Positions 1 through 9,402 of a DNA stretch of 64,000 bases are shown here, piece after piece. Under the pieces are notes generated by a model. The model had not been told where the DNA came from. It did no database searches and saw nothing but the letters and a program-made list of their open reading frames with translations. Both the position numbers and the translations under genes were made by a program. The stretch's first letter is position 1. Each line of letters starts with the position of its first letter. Source of the stretch: Tepidisphaera sp. (GTDB lineage Bacteria > Planctomycetota > Phycisphaerae > Phycisphaerales > UBA1924). The stretch spans positions 2,272,001 to 2,336,000 of the forward strand of contig CP051526.1 of NCBI GenBank assembly GCA_050916045.1, given 5' to 3'.

Positions 1-1153
1 CATCCGGATGGATGCACTCATGCATCTTCCGCTTGTAATCCTGCCCGAGCTCCATGCACGGAAATGTCCGAAGCCAGCCTTCCATCTGCGGACTCACGTA
101 CCCCAGCGTCCGCGTCCCATCCCGACCGACCACGTACGTATAGATCAGCGTTGGAAAGCTCTCGCTCACGAGCTTGAGCTGCTCATCCCGGCCCCGCATC
201 TCCGCTGTTCGCTTCGCCAGCCGCCGGTTCGAAATCCCAAACCCCAGCGACAGCCCCACGACCACCACCGCCGCGATCCCTCCCGCCCACGCCGCCGCCC
301 GCGCCGACACCACCGACGGCCTGCTCAGCGGCTGATACTTCTCCGCATGCTCCGCGTAAAGCTCGTGCCACCTGCCGGTGCTCTCCAGCATCCCGAACCC
401 GACGTTCAAAAGCGACGCAAGCGCCGCATCATCCTTCTTCACCGCCACCGCGAACGCCCGCACAAACGAATCATCATCGATCGCCGTCTCCACCAGATCA
501 CGCACCCCCATCTGCTCAAGCTGATACCGCCCCGCCGGCATCGTCGTCACCGCATAATCCGCCTCCCCTCGGCGAACCATCTCAAAAGCCTCCGAAAGCT
601 TCGTCGCCGCCACCACCCCCACACCACGCGCCACGCTCCACTCATACCCCACACCATCCCGCGCCACCACCACCCGCTTGCCCTTCAGCCCCTCCGCATC
701 ACACTCCACCTCCGTCCCACGACGCGAATACACCGCACCCCGCGCCAGAAAAATCGGCATCGTGAACGTCATCTTCCCAAGCCGCGAATCCAAAAGCGAC
801 ACCCCCGTCACCGCATCAAACCCTTCTACCTCCAGCAACTCCTCCGGCCTCACGTTGAACGTCGTCTCAACCTCCACCTCAAGCCCCACCGCCCGCGCCG
901 CCTCCACCACCACCCGCACTCCAAACCCATCATCCTGCTTCCCCTCCTCCAGCGACGTGATCAGCCCCTTCGCCAAATAGTGCGGCACCGCAAGCCGGAT
1001 CTTCGACCGCTTCGCCGCAACATCCCGCCACTGGTTCTCCACCCCCGGCCCCACCTCCGGACCCCACTCCGACGGCCCTCCCACCGCTCCCCACGACGCC
1101 ACCACCATCGCCCCCAAAGCCACCGCCACCACAAACACAGATCCTCTGCTCAT
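1..1153 (-). CDS. Membrane sensor protein (periplasmic solute-binding family 3-like domain + TM + PAS), probably a histidine kinase or similar; runs off the window start
   Basis: Not in the ORF track because there is no stop in the window. Manual translation from ATG 1153: [16 protein letters not shown]...[16 protein letters not shown]...[13 protein letters not shown]...[12 protein letters not shown]...[20 protein letters not shown], then TM ([17 protein letters not shown]), then PAS-like LIYTY...YVSPQ...IHPD. Confidence 0.8.
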   Translation of the reverse strand, partial: MSRGSVFVVAVALGAMVVASWGAVGGPSEWGPEVGPGVENQWRDVAAKRSKIRLAVPHYLAKGLITSLEEGKQDDGFGVRVVVEAARAVGLEVEVETTFNVRPEELLEVEGFDAVTGVSLLDSRLGKMTFTMPIFLARGAVYSRRGTEVECDAEGLKGKRVVVARDGVGYEWSVARGVGVVAATKLSEAFEMVRRGEADYAVTTMPAGRYQLEQMGVRDLVETAIDDDSFVRAFAVAVKKDDAALASLLNVGFGMLESTGRWHELYAEHAEKYQPLSRPSVVSARAAAWAGGIAAVVVVGLSLGFGISNRRLAKRTAEMRGRDEQLKLVSESFPTLIYTYVVGRDGTRTLGYVSPQMEGWLRTFPCMELGQDYKRKMHECIHPD

Positions 1154-1267
1154 CCCCCCATTGGAACCGATCCCCTCCCCCCAGTCAACCCTCCCTCCCT
1201 CTCCCTCTCCCCACCTAGCATCCCCACGATTCACTTTTCCCAGTCTCACCCTCCAAAGGAGCCACCC

Positions 1268-2698
1268 ATGCCTAGCCCCATCTCCATGCTCAACGGCAAG
1301 CTCAACGTCCCCGAAAACCCCATCATCCCCTTCATCGAAGGCGACGGCACTGGCCCCGACATCTGGAAATCCTCCGTCCGCGTCATCGACGGTGCCGTCG
1401 AAAAAGCCTACCACGGCAAACGCAAAATCGACTGGCTCGAGGTCTACGCCGGCGAAAAAGCCTTCAACCTCACCAAAAACTGGCTCCCAGACGCCACCGT
1501 CGAAGCCTTCCGCAAATACCTCGTCGGCATCAAGGGCCCCCTCACCACCCCCGTCGGCGGCGGCATCCGCTCCCTCAACGTCGCCCTCCGACAGATGCTC
1601 GACCTCTACGTCTGCCTCCGCCCCGTCCGCTGGTTCCAAGGCGTCCCCTCCCCGGTCAAAAAGCCCGGCGACGTCGACATGGTCATCTTCCGCGAAAACA
1701 CCGAAGACATCTACGCCGGCATCGAATACGCCGCCGGCACCGCCGACTCCCAAAAGCTCCTCGACTTCCTCGCCAAAGAGTTCCCCAAGGACTTCGCCAA
1801 AATCCGCTTCGGCACCAAGGACGCCTCCGACTCCTGGTTCGCCTCCCTCGGCTCAGACCTCCGCCCCGCCGTCCAGGTCGGCCTCGGCATCAAGCCCGTC
1901 TCCCGCGTCGGCTCCGGCCGCCTCGTCTACGCCGCCATCAAGTTCGCCCTCGAGCAAAACCGCAAGTCCGTCGCCCTCGTCCACAAGGGCAACATCATGA
2001 AGTTCACCGAAGGTGCCTTCAAGGACTGGGGCTACGCCCTCGCCCAGGAACACTTCCGCGACAAAATCGTCACCGAACGCGAATCCTGGATCCTCGGCAA
2101 CAAGGACGCCAACCCCGCCCTCTCCTCCGAAGCCAACGCCAAGCTCGTCGACCCCGGCTTCGACATGATGACCCCCGACCAGCAGAAAAAGGTCATCGCC
2201 GAAGTCGAATCCGTCCTCAAGCTCGCCCCCACCCACGGCAACGGCCAGTGGAAGTCCAAGCTCATGATCAAGGACTCCATCGCCGACATCACCCTCCAGC
2301 AGGTCCTGACCCGCGCCAAAGACTTCGACGTCATCGCCACCCTCAACCTCAACGGCGACTACCTCTCCGACGCCCTCGCGGCTCAGGTCGGCGGCATCGG
2401 CATCGCCCCCGGAGCCAACATCAACTACGTCTCCGGCCACGCCATCTTCGAAGCCACCCACGGCACCGCCCCCAAATACGCCAACCTCGACCAGGTCAAC
2501 CCCGGCTCCGTCATCCTCTCCGGCGAAATGATGCTCCGCTACATGGGCTGGACCGAAGCCGCCGACCTCATCATCAAAGGCATGGACGGCGCCATCGCCG
2601 CCAAAACCGTCACCTACGACTTCCACCGAATGATGGAAGGCGCCACCAAGGTCAAATGCTCAGAATTCGGCACGGCGGTCTTGAAGCACATGGGGTGA
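1268..2698 (+). CDS. icd: NADP-dependent isocitrate dehydrogenase
   Basis: [48 protein letters not shown] and [11 protein letters not shown] motifs; AAGGAG RBS before ATG 1268. Confidence 0.97.
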   Translation: MPSPISMLNGKLNVPENPIIPFIEGDGTGPDIWKSSVRVIDGAVEKAYHGKRKIDWLEVYAGEKAFNLTKNWLPDATVEAFRKYLVGIKGPLTTPVGGGIRSLNVALRQMLDLYVCLRPVRWFQGVPSPVKKPGDVDMVIFRENTEDIYAGIEYAAGTADSQKLLDFLAKEFPKDFAKIRFGTKDASDSWFASLGSDLRPAVQVGLGIKPVSRVGSGRLVYAAIKFALEQNRKSVALVHKGNIMKFTEGAFKDWGYALAQEHFRDKIVTERESWILGNKDANPALSSEANAKLVDPGFDMMTPDQQKKVIAEVESVLKLAPTHGNGQWKSKLMIKDSIADITLQQVLTRAKDFDVIATLNLNGDYLSDALAAQVGGIGIAPGANINYVSGHAIFEATHGTAPKYANLDQVNPGSVILSGEMMLRYMGWTEAADLIIKGMDGAIAAKTVTYDFHRMMEGATKVKCSEFGTAVLKHMG

Positions 2699-2702
2699 TT
2701 AC

Positions 2703-3800
2703 ATGAATCCACTCAATCCAGCGGAACCGGTTGTGACCGACATCCCGAGTGAAGTGGACGACGCAGAATCGTCGCCGGCAAGTTATGAAATTGTGACCTA
2801 TCCGGCCGACTTCACCCTGGAAGGTCTAGTTGGAAAGTTCAAGAAAAGACAGATTGTCATTCCGGACTTCCAACGGGAGTACGTCTGGACCATCAAACAG
2901 GCAAGCAGGCTAATTGAATCGTTTCTGCTAGGACTTCCAGTCCCATCTCTTTTTCTATACACCGATCCCGAGGATAACTCTCAACTGGTAATTGATGGAC
3001 AGCAGCGACTGGTCAGCGCAGTCTACTTTCTGGATGGCATTTACTGCCCCGACGACGAGAATCGTAGGCGAGTGTTCAAGCTCACGGGACTTTCCGACGA
3101 CAGCCCGTTCGCGGGAATGACCTACGAGGATCTCCGCCGCGACAATCCCCCAGCCTTCAACAAGCTTAACGATGCAGTCCTTAGAGCATTTGTCATCAAG
3201 CAACTCAACCCCAACGACTCAACCAGCATCTATCACATCTTCGAACGGCTCAACACTGGCGGAACCATCCTCATCGGCCAAGAGATTCGCAACTGTGTTT
3301 ATCATGGTCCATTCAACGATCTACTAAATTCTCTAAACCTAGACGCGAACTGGCGACTGATCTACGGAAAGCCGTCTCTAGACAATCGAATGCGCGACGC
3401 TGAACTTGTACTGCGAGGGCTAGCGCTTTACTACAATTCTGACAATTACCAAAAGCCCATGAAAGATTTTCTATCCAAGTTCATGAAGGATCACCGTCGC
3501 GCTGAAGCCGCATGGCTCGAATCGGCTCGGTCACTTTTTGTCACAACTGCAGCAAAGATAGTTAAGCATCTTGGAGCCAGGCCGTTCCATTCCACCGGCC
3601 TTAGTGCACCGATTTATGACGCCGTGTTCGTAGCCTTTGCGGGTCACCGAGAAGCGATTCCTGAAGATATCAAGGCTCGCTACCTAAACTTGCTCAAGAA
3701 CGAAGTCTTTGTCGCGTCATCTAGCTACCGCACAACCGACGTAGATGAAGTCGAAGAACGACTCGAGACCGCAAGCTCACTTCTATTTGGCGCCGCATGA
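2703..3800 (+). CDS. DUF262 (ParB/GmrS-like) domain protein, putative defence component
   Basis: Hallmark motifs IPDFQREYVW, VIDGQQRL and IFERLNTGG; lower GC and different codon usage from icd. Confidence 0.9.
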   Translation: MNPLNPAEPVVTDIPSEVDDAESSPASYEIVTYPADFTLEGLVGKFKKRQIVIPDFQREYVWTIKQASRLIESFLLGLPVPSLFLYTDPEDNSQLVIDGQQRLVSAVYFLDGIYCPDDENRRRVFKLTGLSDDSPFAGMTYEDLRRDNPPAFNKLNDAVLRAFVIKQLNPNDSTSIYHIFERLNTGGTILIGQEIRNCVYHGPFNDLLNSLNLDANWRLIYGKPSLDNRMRDAELVLRGLALYYNSDNYQKPMKDFLSKFMKDHRRAEAAWLESARSLFVTTAAKIVKHLGARPFHSTGLSAPIYDAVFVAFAGHREAIPEDIKARYLNLLKNEVFVASSSYRTTDVDEVEERLETASSLLFGAA

Positions 3801-4300
3801 CCTTCCGCGATCTAGACGTACTCCTTGAATCGGCCAGAAGGCAACTCAACAGCCTCTCGCCACACTCGCAAAACCCGGAAGAGCTTGAGTTTTTTATTGT
3901 CAGCCACGTACTCTTCGCGGTCTATGCGCGATTCGAGCGCGCAGTTGCGACCGCCACCCGAAGCCGAATCAATAGATGCCAAGACAAGCACTTGCTTAAT
4001 TTCATGAAGATCAGCACGGAGCGAGGTACCGGCAAGATTAAACTTAGCGACTTGGGCGATATACTTTTTAAGTTTGATCCGTCTTGCAAGGAGCAGTTTG
4101 TGGCTCGAGTTGACGACACTGCTCTGAATACGCCATGGGACACGATTGTGATCAATCGCAATTCCTTGGCTCACGGAGGCTCGTCGCAACTAACTCTGAT
4201 GGATATAGAAACGGCCTATCCGCGTGCCGTGGTGGTGCTCAGTTCATTTTGCGACGCCCTGGGATTAACGCCTGCTGAGAAGGCAAAAGTAACCACCTGA
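3797..4300 (+). CDS. HEPN-domain protein (MAE_28990/RiboL-PSP-HEPN-like putative RNase)
   Basis: RxxxxH motif RNSLAHG and upstream YARFE helix; ATGA overlap with the DUF262 stop; lower GC. Confidence 0.75.
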   Translation: MTFRDLDVLLESARRQLNSLSPHSQNPEELEFFIVSHVLFAVYARFERAVATATRSRINRCQDKHLLNFMKISTERGTGKIKLSDLGDILFKFDPSCKEQFVARVDDTALNTPWDTIVINRNSLAHGGSSQLTLMDIETAYPRAVVVLSSFCDALGLTPAEKAKVTT

Positions 4301-4529
4301 TGCCGATCCCTTTTGAATGCCACCAGTGACTTACGGGCAGGTGGCACCGACTCCCCCAGAACCACCGACCGACAAAGAGCGGGTGGCATCACTTCACGGC
4401 CCACACGATCAAAGCCCAACCCGGGGTGCCACTACCCGCCGCTTCGGCGCGTAGTGGATGCGTCACCGACTTCCAACCCCTTCCCGATCCCGCCGGCTTT
4501 CCGCCCCTTGGTCTTCTCAGCCCTTGAAA

Positions 4530-4601
4530 TGAGGTAGCGGGGCTTCGAACCCCGTCTTGAAGATTATAAGTCAACCGTCCTACCGATTAGACGACTACCC
4601 C
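4530..4601 (-). tRNA. tRNA-like gene with anticodon UAU (tRNA-Ile(TAT) or pseudo-tRNA)
   Basis: 72-nt cloverleaf: acceptor GGGGTAG/CTACCTC + A73; D arm GTCT-AATCGGTA-GGAC; anticodon arm GTTGA-CTTATAA-TCTTC with two U-U mismatches; T arm CGGGG-TTCGAAG-CCCCG; no encoded CCA. Confidence 0.72.
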
Positions 4602-4843
4602 CACATAATATCATATCGTCTAATTGTCATTTCTTCAGTAATTGAGAGCGGGTGGGCGGGTGCCACCACCTCACGGCCGGGGTGCCACGACCAGTCCCTT
4701 CGACTGGTCGTGGATGGTCGGCCAACCTCATCGTCTTCTCCGTCCCAACTCACCACCGATCCCATCCCCTGACCGCAGAATCACGTTCCATCCCGCGGTC
4801 TCCGCGTGCCCTCGTCCACGCGTCTCCCGAGTACACTGCCCGC

Positions 4844-5281
4844 ATGGGCCTCCTCTCCGACTTCTTCTTCGCGCCCGCTCAAGCTCCGGACTCGGACATT
4901 CTCGAGCACGGGCCCAAGCCGCCGCTCCCGCGTTTCGAGTCCAAGAGCTTGACCGGCCTCGAGCTCGCAACCCTCCACACCATCCTCCTCGGCGAAAGCC
5001 TCGCCGACATCGAAGCCGTCGTCTCCCGCTCACCCGATCCGATCGCCCACGCTTCCGAGGAAGGCCCCTGGCTCTTCCCCATCGATGACCAACTGATCGA
5101 ATTGCTCCGGAAAGTCCCCGCATCCGAACGTCCCGCGCTCGCCGATGCCTGGGGCCGAACCGAGGAAATGAAAGTCCCGCCCGGCGACCCGGACTTCCAA
5201 GCCTGGTTCGCAAGCCTCTGCACATTCCTCACCCAACCCCGCCCCGCCTCCGACCGCTGCTGGCTCTGGGTCTGCCTCTGA
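4844..5281 (+). CDS. Hypothetical protein (MGLLSDFFFA...)
   Basis: Globular-looking ORF with TACACT 6 nt upstream of the ATG and a downstream terminator. Confidence 0.65.
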   Translation: MGLLSDFFFAPAQAPDSDILEHGPKPPLPRFESKSLTGLELATLHTILLGESLADIEAVVSRSPDPIAHASEEGPWLFPIDDQLIELLRKVPASERPALADAWGRTEEMKVPPGDPDFQAWFASLCTFLTQPRPASDRCWLWVCL

Positions 5282-5310
5282 TCCCCCACCAACTACCCCG
5301 CACCCCCGAA

Positions 5311-5344
5311 GCCCATGCCTTCCAAGGCATGGGTCTTTTCTTTC
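5311..5344 (+). terminator. Rho-independent terminator
   Basis: GCCCATGCCT-TCCA-AGGCATGGGT hairpin followed by CTTTTCTTT. Confidence 0.75.
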
Positions 5345-5456
5345 TCCCCCCGTGCAGTTCCACCTCCATGCGCACACCCCGCGTCACTGCGCACCCAATC
5401 TCTCCACCATCTCAAAAACCCCTGAAAACAAGCTCATTTCTCGTGATTGCTCTTGC

Positions 5457-6077
5457 ATGGCACACGACACCGCGAAACCGATCCCCTCTTCCCCCACCAC
5501 TCCCGCGCGTCCTACTCCACCCTCCCCACCCACCCACGAAAAACTCCTCATCGATCTCTTCGAGTTCAACTTGAACATCCAGGAGCTCATCCGCTTCCAC
5601 GACCTCACCCCCGCCCAGTTCCTCGCCTTCTCCAAAGACACCACCGTCCGCGAGACCCTCGACGCTTTCGAAGCCTTCCAAGCCCGCGAACAACGAATCC
5701 TCGCCCGCCAAGCCCAATCCAGCGCCGCCGGCCACCTCAACCAGTCCATCATGGACGCCCCCAACACCATCGAAGCCCGCCGAGCCGCCACCGCCCTCGC
5801 CCGCCTCACCACCCTCATGCAACCCCGCCCCGCCCGTTCCCCGCGAGCCGGGGCGTGTCGTCCCGCCATCTCCTCCCCCGCCCGTGAGCGCGACGGGGAA
5901 GGTGCCGAGTCTTCGAGGCCCCTCGCCTCCCCCGCCCGTGGGGGCGGCGGGGGAGGTGCCGAGTCTTCGAGGCGGAGGGGGTCTTCGACGCCCCCGAACC
6001 AACACACCCCCGCCGAACTCCCCACCCCCAAGCTCACCATCCCTCTCCGGCCCGACCTCCTCGCAACCCACCCCTAA
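5457..6077 (+). CDS. Hypothetical protein (helical core, low-complexity tail reading through a REP)
   Basis: Core LLIDLFEFNL...ARRAATALARL with host-like codons; the 3' part runs through repeats. Confidence 0.5.
   Translation: MAHDTAKPIPSSPTTPARPTPPSPPTHEKLLIDLFEFNLNIQELIRFHDLTPAQFLAFSKDTTVRETLDAFEAFQAREQRILARQAQSSAAGHLNQSIMDAPNTIEARRAATALARLTTLMQPRPARSPRAGACRPAISSPARERDGEGAESSRPLASPARGGGGGGAESSRRRGSSTPPNQHTPAELPTPKLTIPLRPDLLATHP
5870..5990. repeat. REP-like duplicated palindrome
   Basis: CCTCCCCCGCCCGTG...GGTGCCGAGTCTTCGAGGC occurs twice in tandem, each with CCCCC...GGGG arms. Confidence 0.6.
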
Positions 6078-6110
6078 ACCCCCGACCCTGAAAGTCCCGA
6101 TTCCCGCTCC

Positions 6111-6243
6111 GAGATCTGAAATCTGAAATTCAAAATTTGAGATTTCCCCTTTGAAATTTGAGATTTAAAATTTGAAATTCCCCCTCTGAAATCTCCCCTC
6201 CGAATTCTGAAATCTCCCCTTTGAAATTTGAAATTTGAAATCT
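6111..6243. repeat. AT-rich heptamer short tandem repeats (TTTGAAA/TCTGAAA/TTTGAGA)
   Basis: Directly visible heptamer runs interspersed with CCCCT in an otherwise GC-rich region. Confidence 0.85.
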
Positions 6244-6310
6244 CCCTCCCCTCCCTCCCCCCTCCCAAATCCCCCAGCCTCCACCCCCCGCTCACTCGCA
6301 CTGACCCGCG

Positions 6311-6709
6311 ATGAGCCGCAACACCGACCTCCCCTCCCTCCCCCTCTACGCCCAGGCTCTCATCGCCTCCCGCCTCGCGCTCCGCGCTGAGCTCTCCCAG
6401 CTCCCCGCCGCGCCCGCGGTCGCCCTGCGCGCCGCCCAAGCTCGCGCCGCCGCCGAATCCGGCTCCCGCGAAGCCACCACCGCCGCCACCCTCGGCACCA
6501 TCGCCGACCTCACCGCCGACCCCCGCGTCTCGGCCCTCCAGGTCGCCATCCTCCTCACCGCCGACATCGACCAGCTCCACTTCGCCTGCGCCGAAGCCGG
6601 CCTCCCCGCCCACGCCCCCCTCACCCCCCACATCCTCGCCCGCCTCGCCCCCTGCCACCCCCTCAACCTCACCGACACACCCCACAACCCCGAGGACGAC
6701 TTCCGATGA
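6311..6709 (+). CDS. Hypothetical protein
   Basis: Ala/Leu-rich ORF, C-ending codons, ATGA coupling to the next gene. Confidence 0.5.
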   Translation: MSRNTDLPSLPLYAQALIASRLALRAELSQLPAAPAVALRAAQARAAAESGSREATTAATLGTIADLTADPRVSALQVAILLTADIDQLHFACAEAGLPAHAPLTPHILARLAPCHPLNLTDTPHNPEDDFR

Positions 6710-7446
6710 CCTGGCTCTTCACCATCCTCGCCGGCCTCCTCGGCGCCCTCGCCGGCGGCGCCGGCATGCTCGGCCTCGGCAGCCTCTTCGTCCGCTGGTT
6801 CCGCATCTCAAGCTTCGAAGGCGGCTCGGGCTACTACGTCGTGGCCCTCACCCTGCTGGGCGCCATCGGCGGCCTGATCGTCGCCGCCGTCGCCGCCCGC
6901 CTTGGTTACGCCAACTTCGGCCCGGCGTGGTACATCCAGCCCGCGACCGGCCTCGCCGCCGTCGCCCTCGCCCTGGGCCTGGTCCTCGGCCTGGGCTACC
7001 TGCGAGCCGACTTCGAGCCCGACACCGACCCGCGCGGGCTCGTCGTCGCGTGGGAGATCCGCCTCCCCGCCGATGACGGGACCGACGCGTTCGCTTCACG
7101 CACCCCGCCCGCCGACTGGCCAGAGACCGAGCTCAAGCTCCAACTCGTCAACGTCCGCCGCGGCAAGACCCGCGGCTACGAGAGCGCGGCGTTCGACCGC
7201 GCCGCGTTCCGGCAGGAAAGCGGCCAGTGGATCCTGCCCGCGAAGGTCCCGCTCTTCACGGCCAAGGGCGAGTTCTGCGTGAACCTGACGACCGGCGGCC
7301 GGGACGACGGCTTCTGGCCCACCGTCCCCGCCATCCCCTCCGAGCCGCACTTCGAATGGTCCCCCTGGTACCGCACCAACAAAGGCATGGCCAAGCCCTC
7401 CGACCAGCAAGCCACCATGTACCGCTTCCGCATCGAGAAGCCGTGA
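6706..7446 (+). CDS. Hypothetical membrane protein (3 TM + soluble C-terminal domain)
   Basis: Three hydrophobic helices with an ISSFEGGSGY loop. Confidence 0.7.
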   Translation: MTWLFTILAGLLGALAGGAGMLGLGSLFVRWFRISSFEGGSGYYVVALTLLGAIGGLIVAAVAARLGYANFGPAWYIQPATGLAAVALALGLVLGLGYLRADFEPDTDPRGLVVAWEIRLPADDGTDAFASRTPPADWPETELKLQLVNVRRGKTRGYESAAFDRAAFRQESGQWILPAKVPLFTAKGEFCVNLTTGGRDDGFWPTVPAIPSEPHFEWSPWYRTNKGMAKPSDQQATMYRFRIEKP

Positions 7447-7478
7447 CGAACGGCGACAATCCGAAGTCGCGGCGGACC

Positions 7479-8807
7479 TCACCGCTCATCGACCCACACT
7501 CGATCGGACGGCGGGTCGCGATCGCTTGACGTGAAAGCCCCCCAGGGACGCGCGGTTTCAGCAAGGGCCTTTCCATCGTTGTCGAGCCCGTCGGCTCCGA
7601 AGGAGTAGAGCAGGAATCGGTCGCCGATCCGGCGCAGGCGGATGACCTTGCCGGAGCTGGCGTCGGGCACGATCTCGCCGAAGCCCGAGCGACGCAGCGC
7701 TTCGGAGCTCTCGGGAAAGCTTCCGTAGACGTCTTTGTACGCTCGGACGCCGAGAGTCGTGACCAACCCGAGCCACTCGGCGCGCATGGCGCGATAGGTC
7801 TGAAACGCACGCCTGTCGATACGGATCTTGTCTTGCTCCGGCCCGGTGAGGGGATCGAGCTGGGCTTGCTGAACGGATTGAATGGACTCCCAGGCTTCGG
7901 AGAATGAGTCGAGGTCGTCGGAGCGCTCGAAAGCCTGGATGATGGCTTCGGCTCGCTTGGCCATGTCGGTTCGTACTTGCTCGTCCTTGGCGAGTTCCGG
8001 GGTCAACCGTTCGAGATCGCGACGCACGAGACGGGCGATGGAGCGCGACCACGCGGGGTCGCCGCGACGAAGGAGGCACTGCCTGATGAGGAGCTTCTGA
8101 TCGAGGGGGAGACCGCGCCGGTCGCAGAGCCACCAAAGGGCGAGGGTCGAGCGGCTGACCTCGCGGTTGATCTCCATCAGGACATCCGTCGTGGATACCC
8201 GAGGTTCGGAGCCGTCATCGATGGTTGACGTCGCCAAGCACTGCGTCATGAGCAGCTGGGACAGGGCCGCGAAGCGGAGCCCGCTTGTATCGGCATCCTC
8301 GCGTGTGAGCACGGCCAGCCCGGCGAAGGTCATGCAGAGTTCTTTGACCCTCGTTTCACCAAGAGGCTTGATGGAACCGGGCTCAGCAGCAGGTTGGGCG
8401 TTGAGGGCGCGGACAACCTCGACGTTTGGATCCGCCCAGGCCGCATCAAGCAGGTCGCCGGCGCGGGCTTGGGCGAGCCGTTCGGCGAAGGCTCGGAGGT
8501 AGATTTGGGCGGCCGGCGCGAGCTCCGCGCCCAAGCCGTTCTGCGCGGCGGTCCAGAGTGTTCCGCCTGCGGAGAAGGCATCCCATTCAATGTCGCCTTT
8601 CGCCTGGGCTTTCTTGGTGGCTTCATCGGCCTCCTGAACGATTCGGATGAAAGCTTCGAGAGGGGAGTTGCGAGTGGCTTCGCGGAAGGGCGAGGGCGTT
8701 CGCGATTCGGGGATGATGTCATCGAGGACGGGTCGCGATGTGCTTGCGAGCAACGGCATGGCGAGAGCGGCGAGGAACAACTGGAGAGGAGCGAATCGTG
8801 GATGCAT
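7479..8807 (-). CDS. Exported helical protein with GspG-like C-terminal module
   Basis: Signal-like MHPRFAPLQLFLAALAMPLLAS; C-terminal YKDVYGSFPESSEAL...FLLYSFGADGLDNDG resembles the T2SS GspG C-terminal motif. Confidence 0.6.
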   Translation of the reverse strand: MHPRFAPLQLFLAALAMPLLASTSRPVLDDIIPESRTPSPFREATRNSPLEAFIRIVQEADEATKKAQAKGDIEWDAFSAGGTLWTAAQNGLGAELAPAAQIYLRAFAERLAQARAGDLLDAAWADPNVEVVRALNAQPAAEPGSIKPLGETRVKELCMTFAGLAVLTREDADTSGLRFAALSQLLMTQCLATSTIDDGSEPRVSTTDVLMEINREVSRSTLALWWLCDRRGLPLDQKLLIRQCLLRRGDPAWSRSIARLVRRDLERLTPELAKDEQVRTDMAKRAEAIIQAFERSDDLDSFSEAWESIQSVQQAQLDPLTGPEQDKIRIDRRAFQTYRAMRAEWLGLVTTLGVRAYKDVYGSFPESSEALRRSGFGEIVPDASSGKVIRLRRIGDRFLLYSFGADGLDNDGKALAETARPWGAFTSSDRDPPSDRVWVDER

Positions 8808-8923
8808 GGTGTGTTCCGTACTCGGACTGATCCTTGATGTTCCGAGCGGTTTTGGGGCGGGGAGCACGACTTGTCGCCTCGTGCCGGGTGGGCGGGTCTG
8901 TTTCTGCGGCACCTGACGGAGTG

Positions 8924-9330
8924 TAACCGAAGGTGGGCGAGCGACGACCTGCCGCTTTGGAGGGATGATGGCACCCGGCAGCACTTCACTAAGTCTAACC
9001 GAAGGCGGGCTTGCTACGGCCTGCCGCTTTGGAGGCATGGTGGCACGCCTCGGTGCGACCGGTCGGACGGGGGTCGCGAGGTTGGGGGCGAGGGGTCCGG
9101 GGGTCGCGTTCGAAGACTCGCTTGACCCCCGGCTATGGGCGAGCAGCCCTTCGGGCTGTGGAGCTCGCGGTGTGGGTCGTGTGCACTTTCGGGTGGGGTG
9201 CAGGGTTGGCGTGCCTCCTTTGTTGATGCGCCTTGTTGGCGTGCCTTAGGGACTTGGCGGGTTGGGGCGCGCACCCCCTTGCTGGCGCTGCGGGCTCGTA
9301 GGCACACCCCTTGCTGGCGCTGCGGGTTCG
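8924..9330. repeat. Cluster of intergenic repeats/REP elements
   Basis: Imperfect pair TAACCGAAGG...CCTGCCGCTTTGGAGG..ATG.TGGCAC (about 8924-8975 and 8995-9046); CCCCCGGCTA...CAGCCCTTCGGGCTG (about 9126-9158); CCCTTGCTGGCGCTGCGGGYTCGT twice (about 9276-9331). Confidence 0.7.
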
Positions 9331-9402
9331 TGGGGGCGGGGCTTGGTTTCATGTTTGCTTTAGGCGGGCGGGGCAGGGTTGGGGCATCGAAGGAGCTGAT
9401 GC

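Noticed and set aside
8..1267. 896-aa ORF suggesting an N-terminally extended Icd
   Set aside because: The extension is the antisense shadow of the minus-strand sensor gene; icd has its own RBS and ATG at 1268.
8808..9038. Repetitive N-terminal extension of the 7479-9038 ORF
   Set aside because: It is read-through of intergenic repeats; the signal-peptide start at 8807 fits better.
7400..9400. Chromosomal oriC
   Set aside because: Skew polarity fits, but there is no dnaA/dnaN, DnaA-box cluster or AT-rich unwinding element; kept only as a skew observation.
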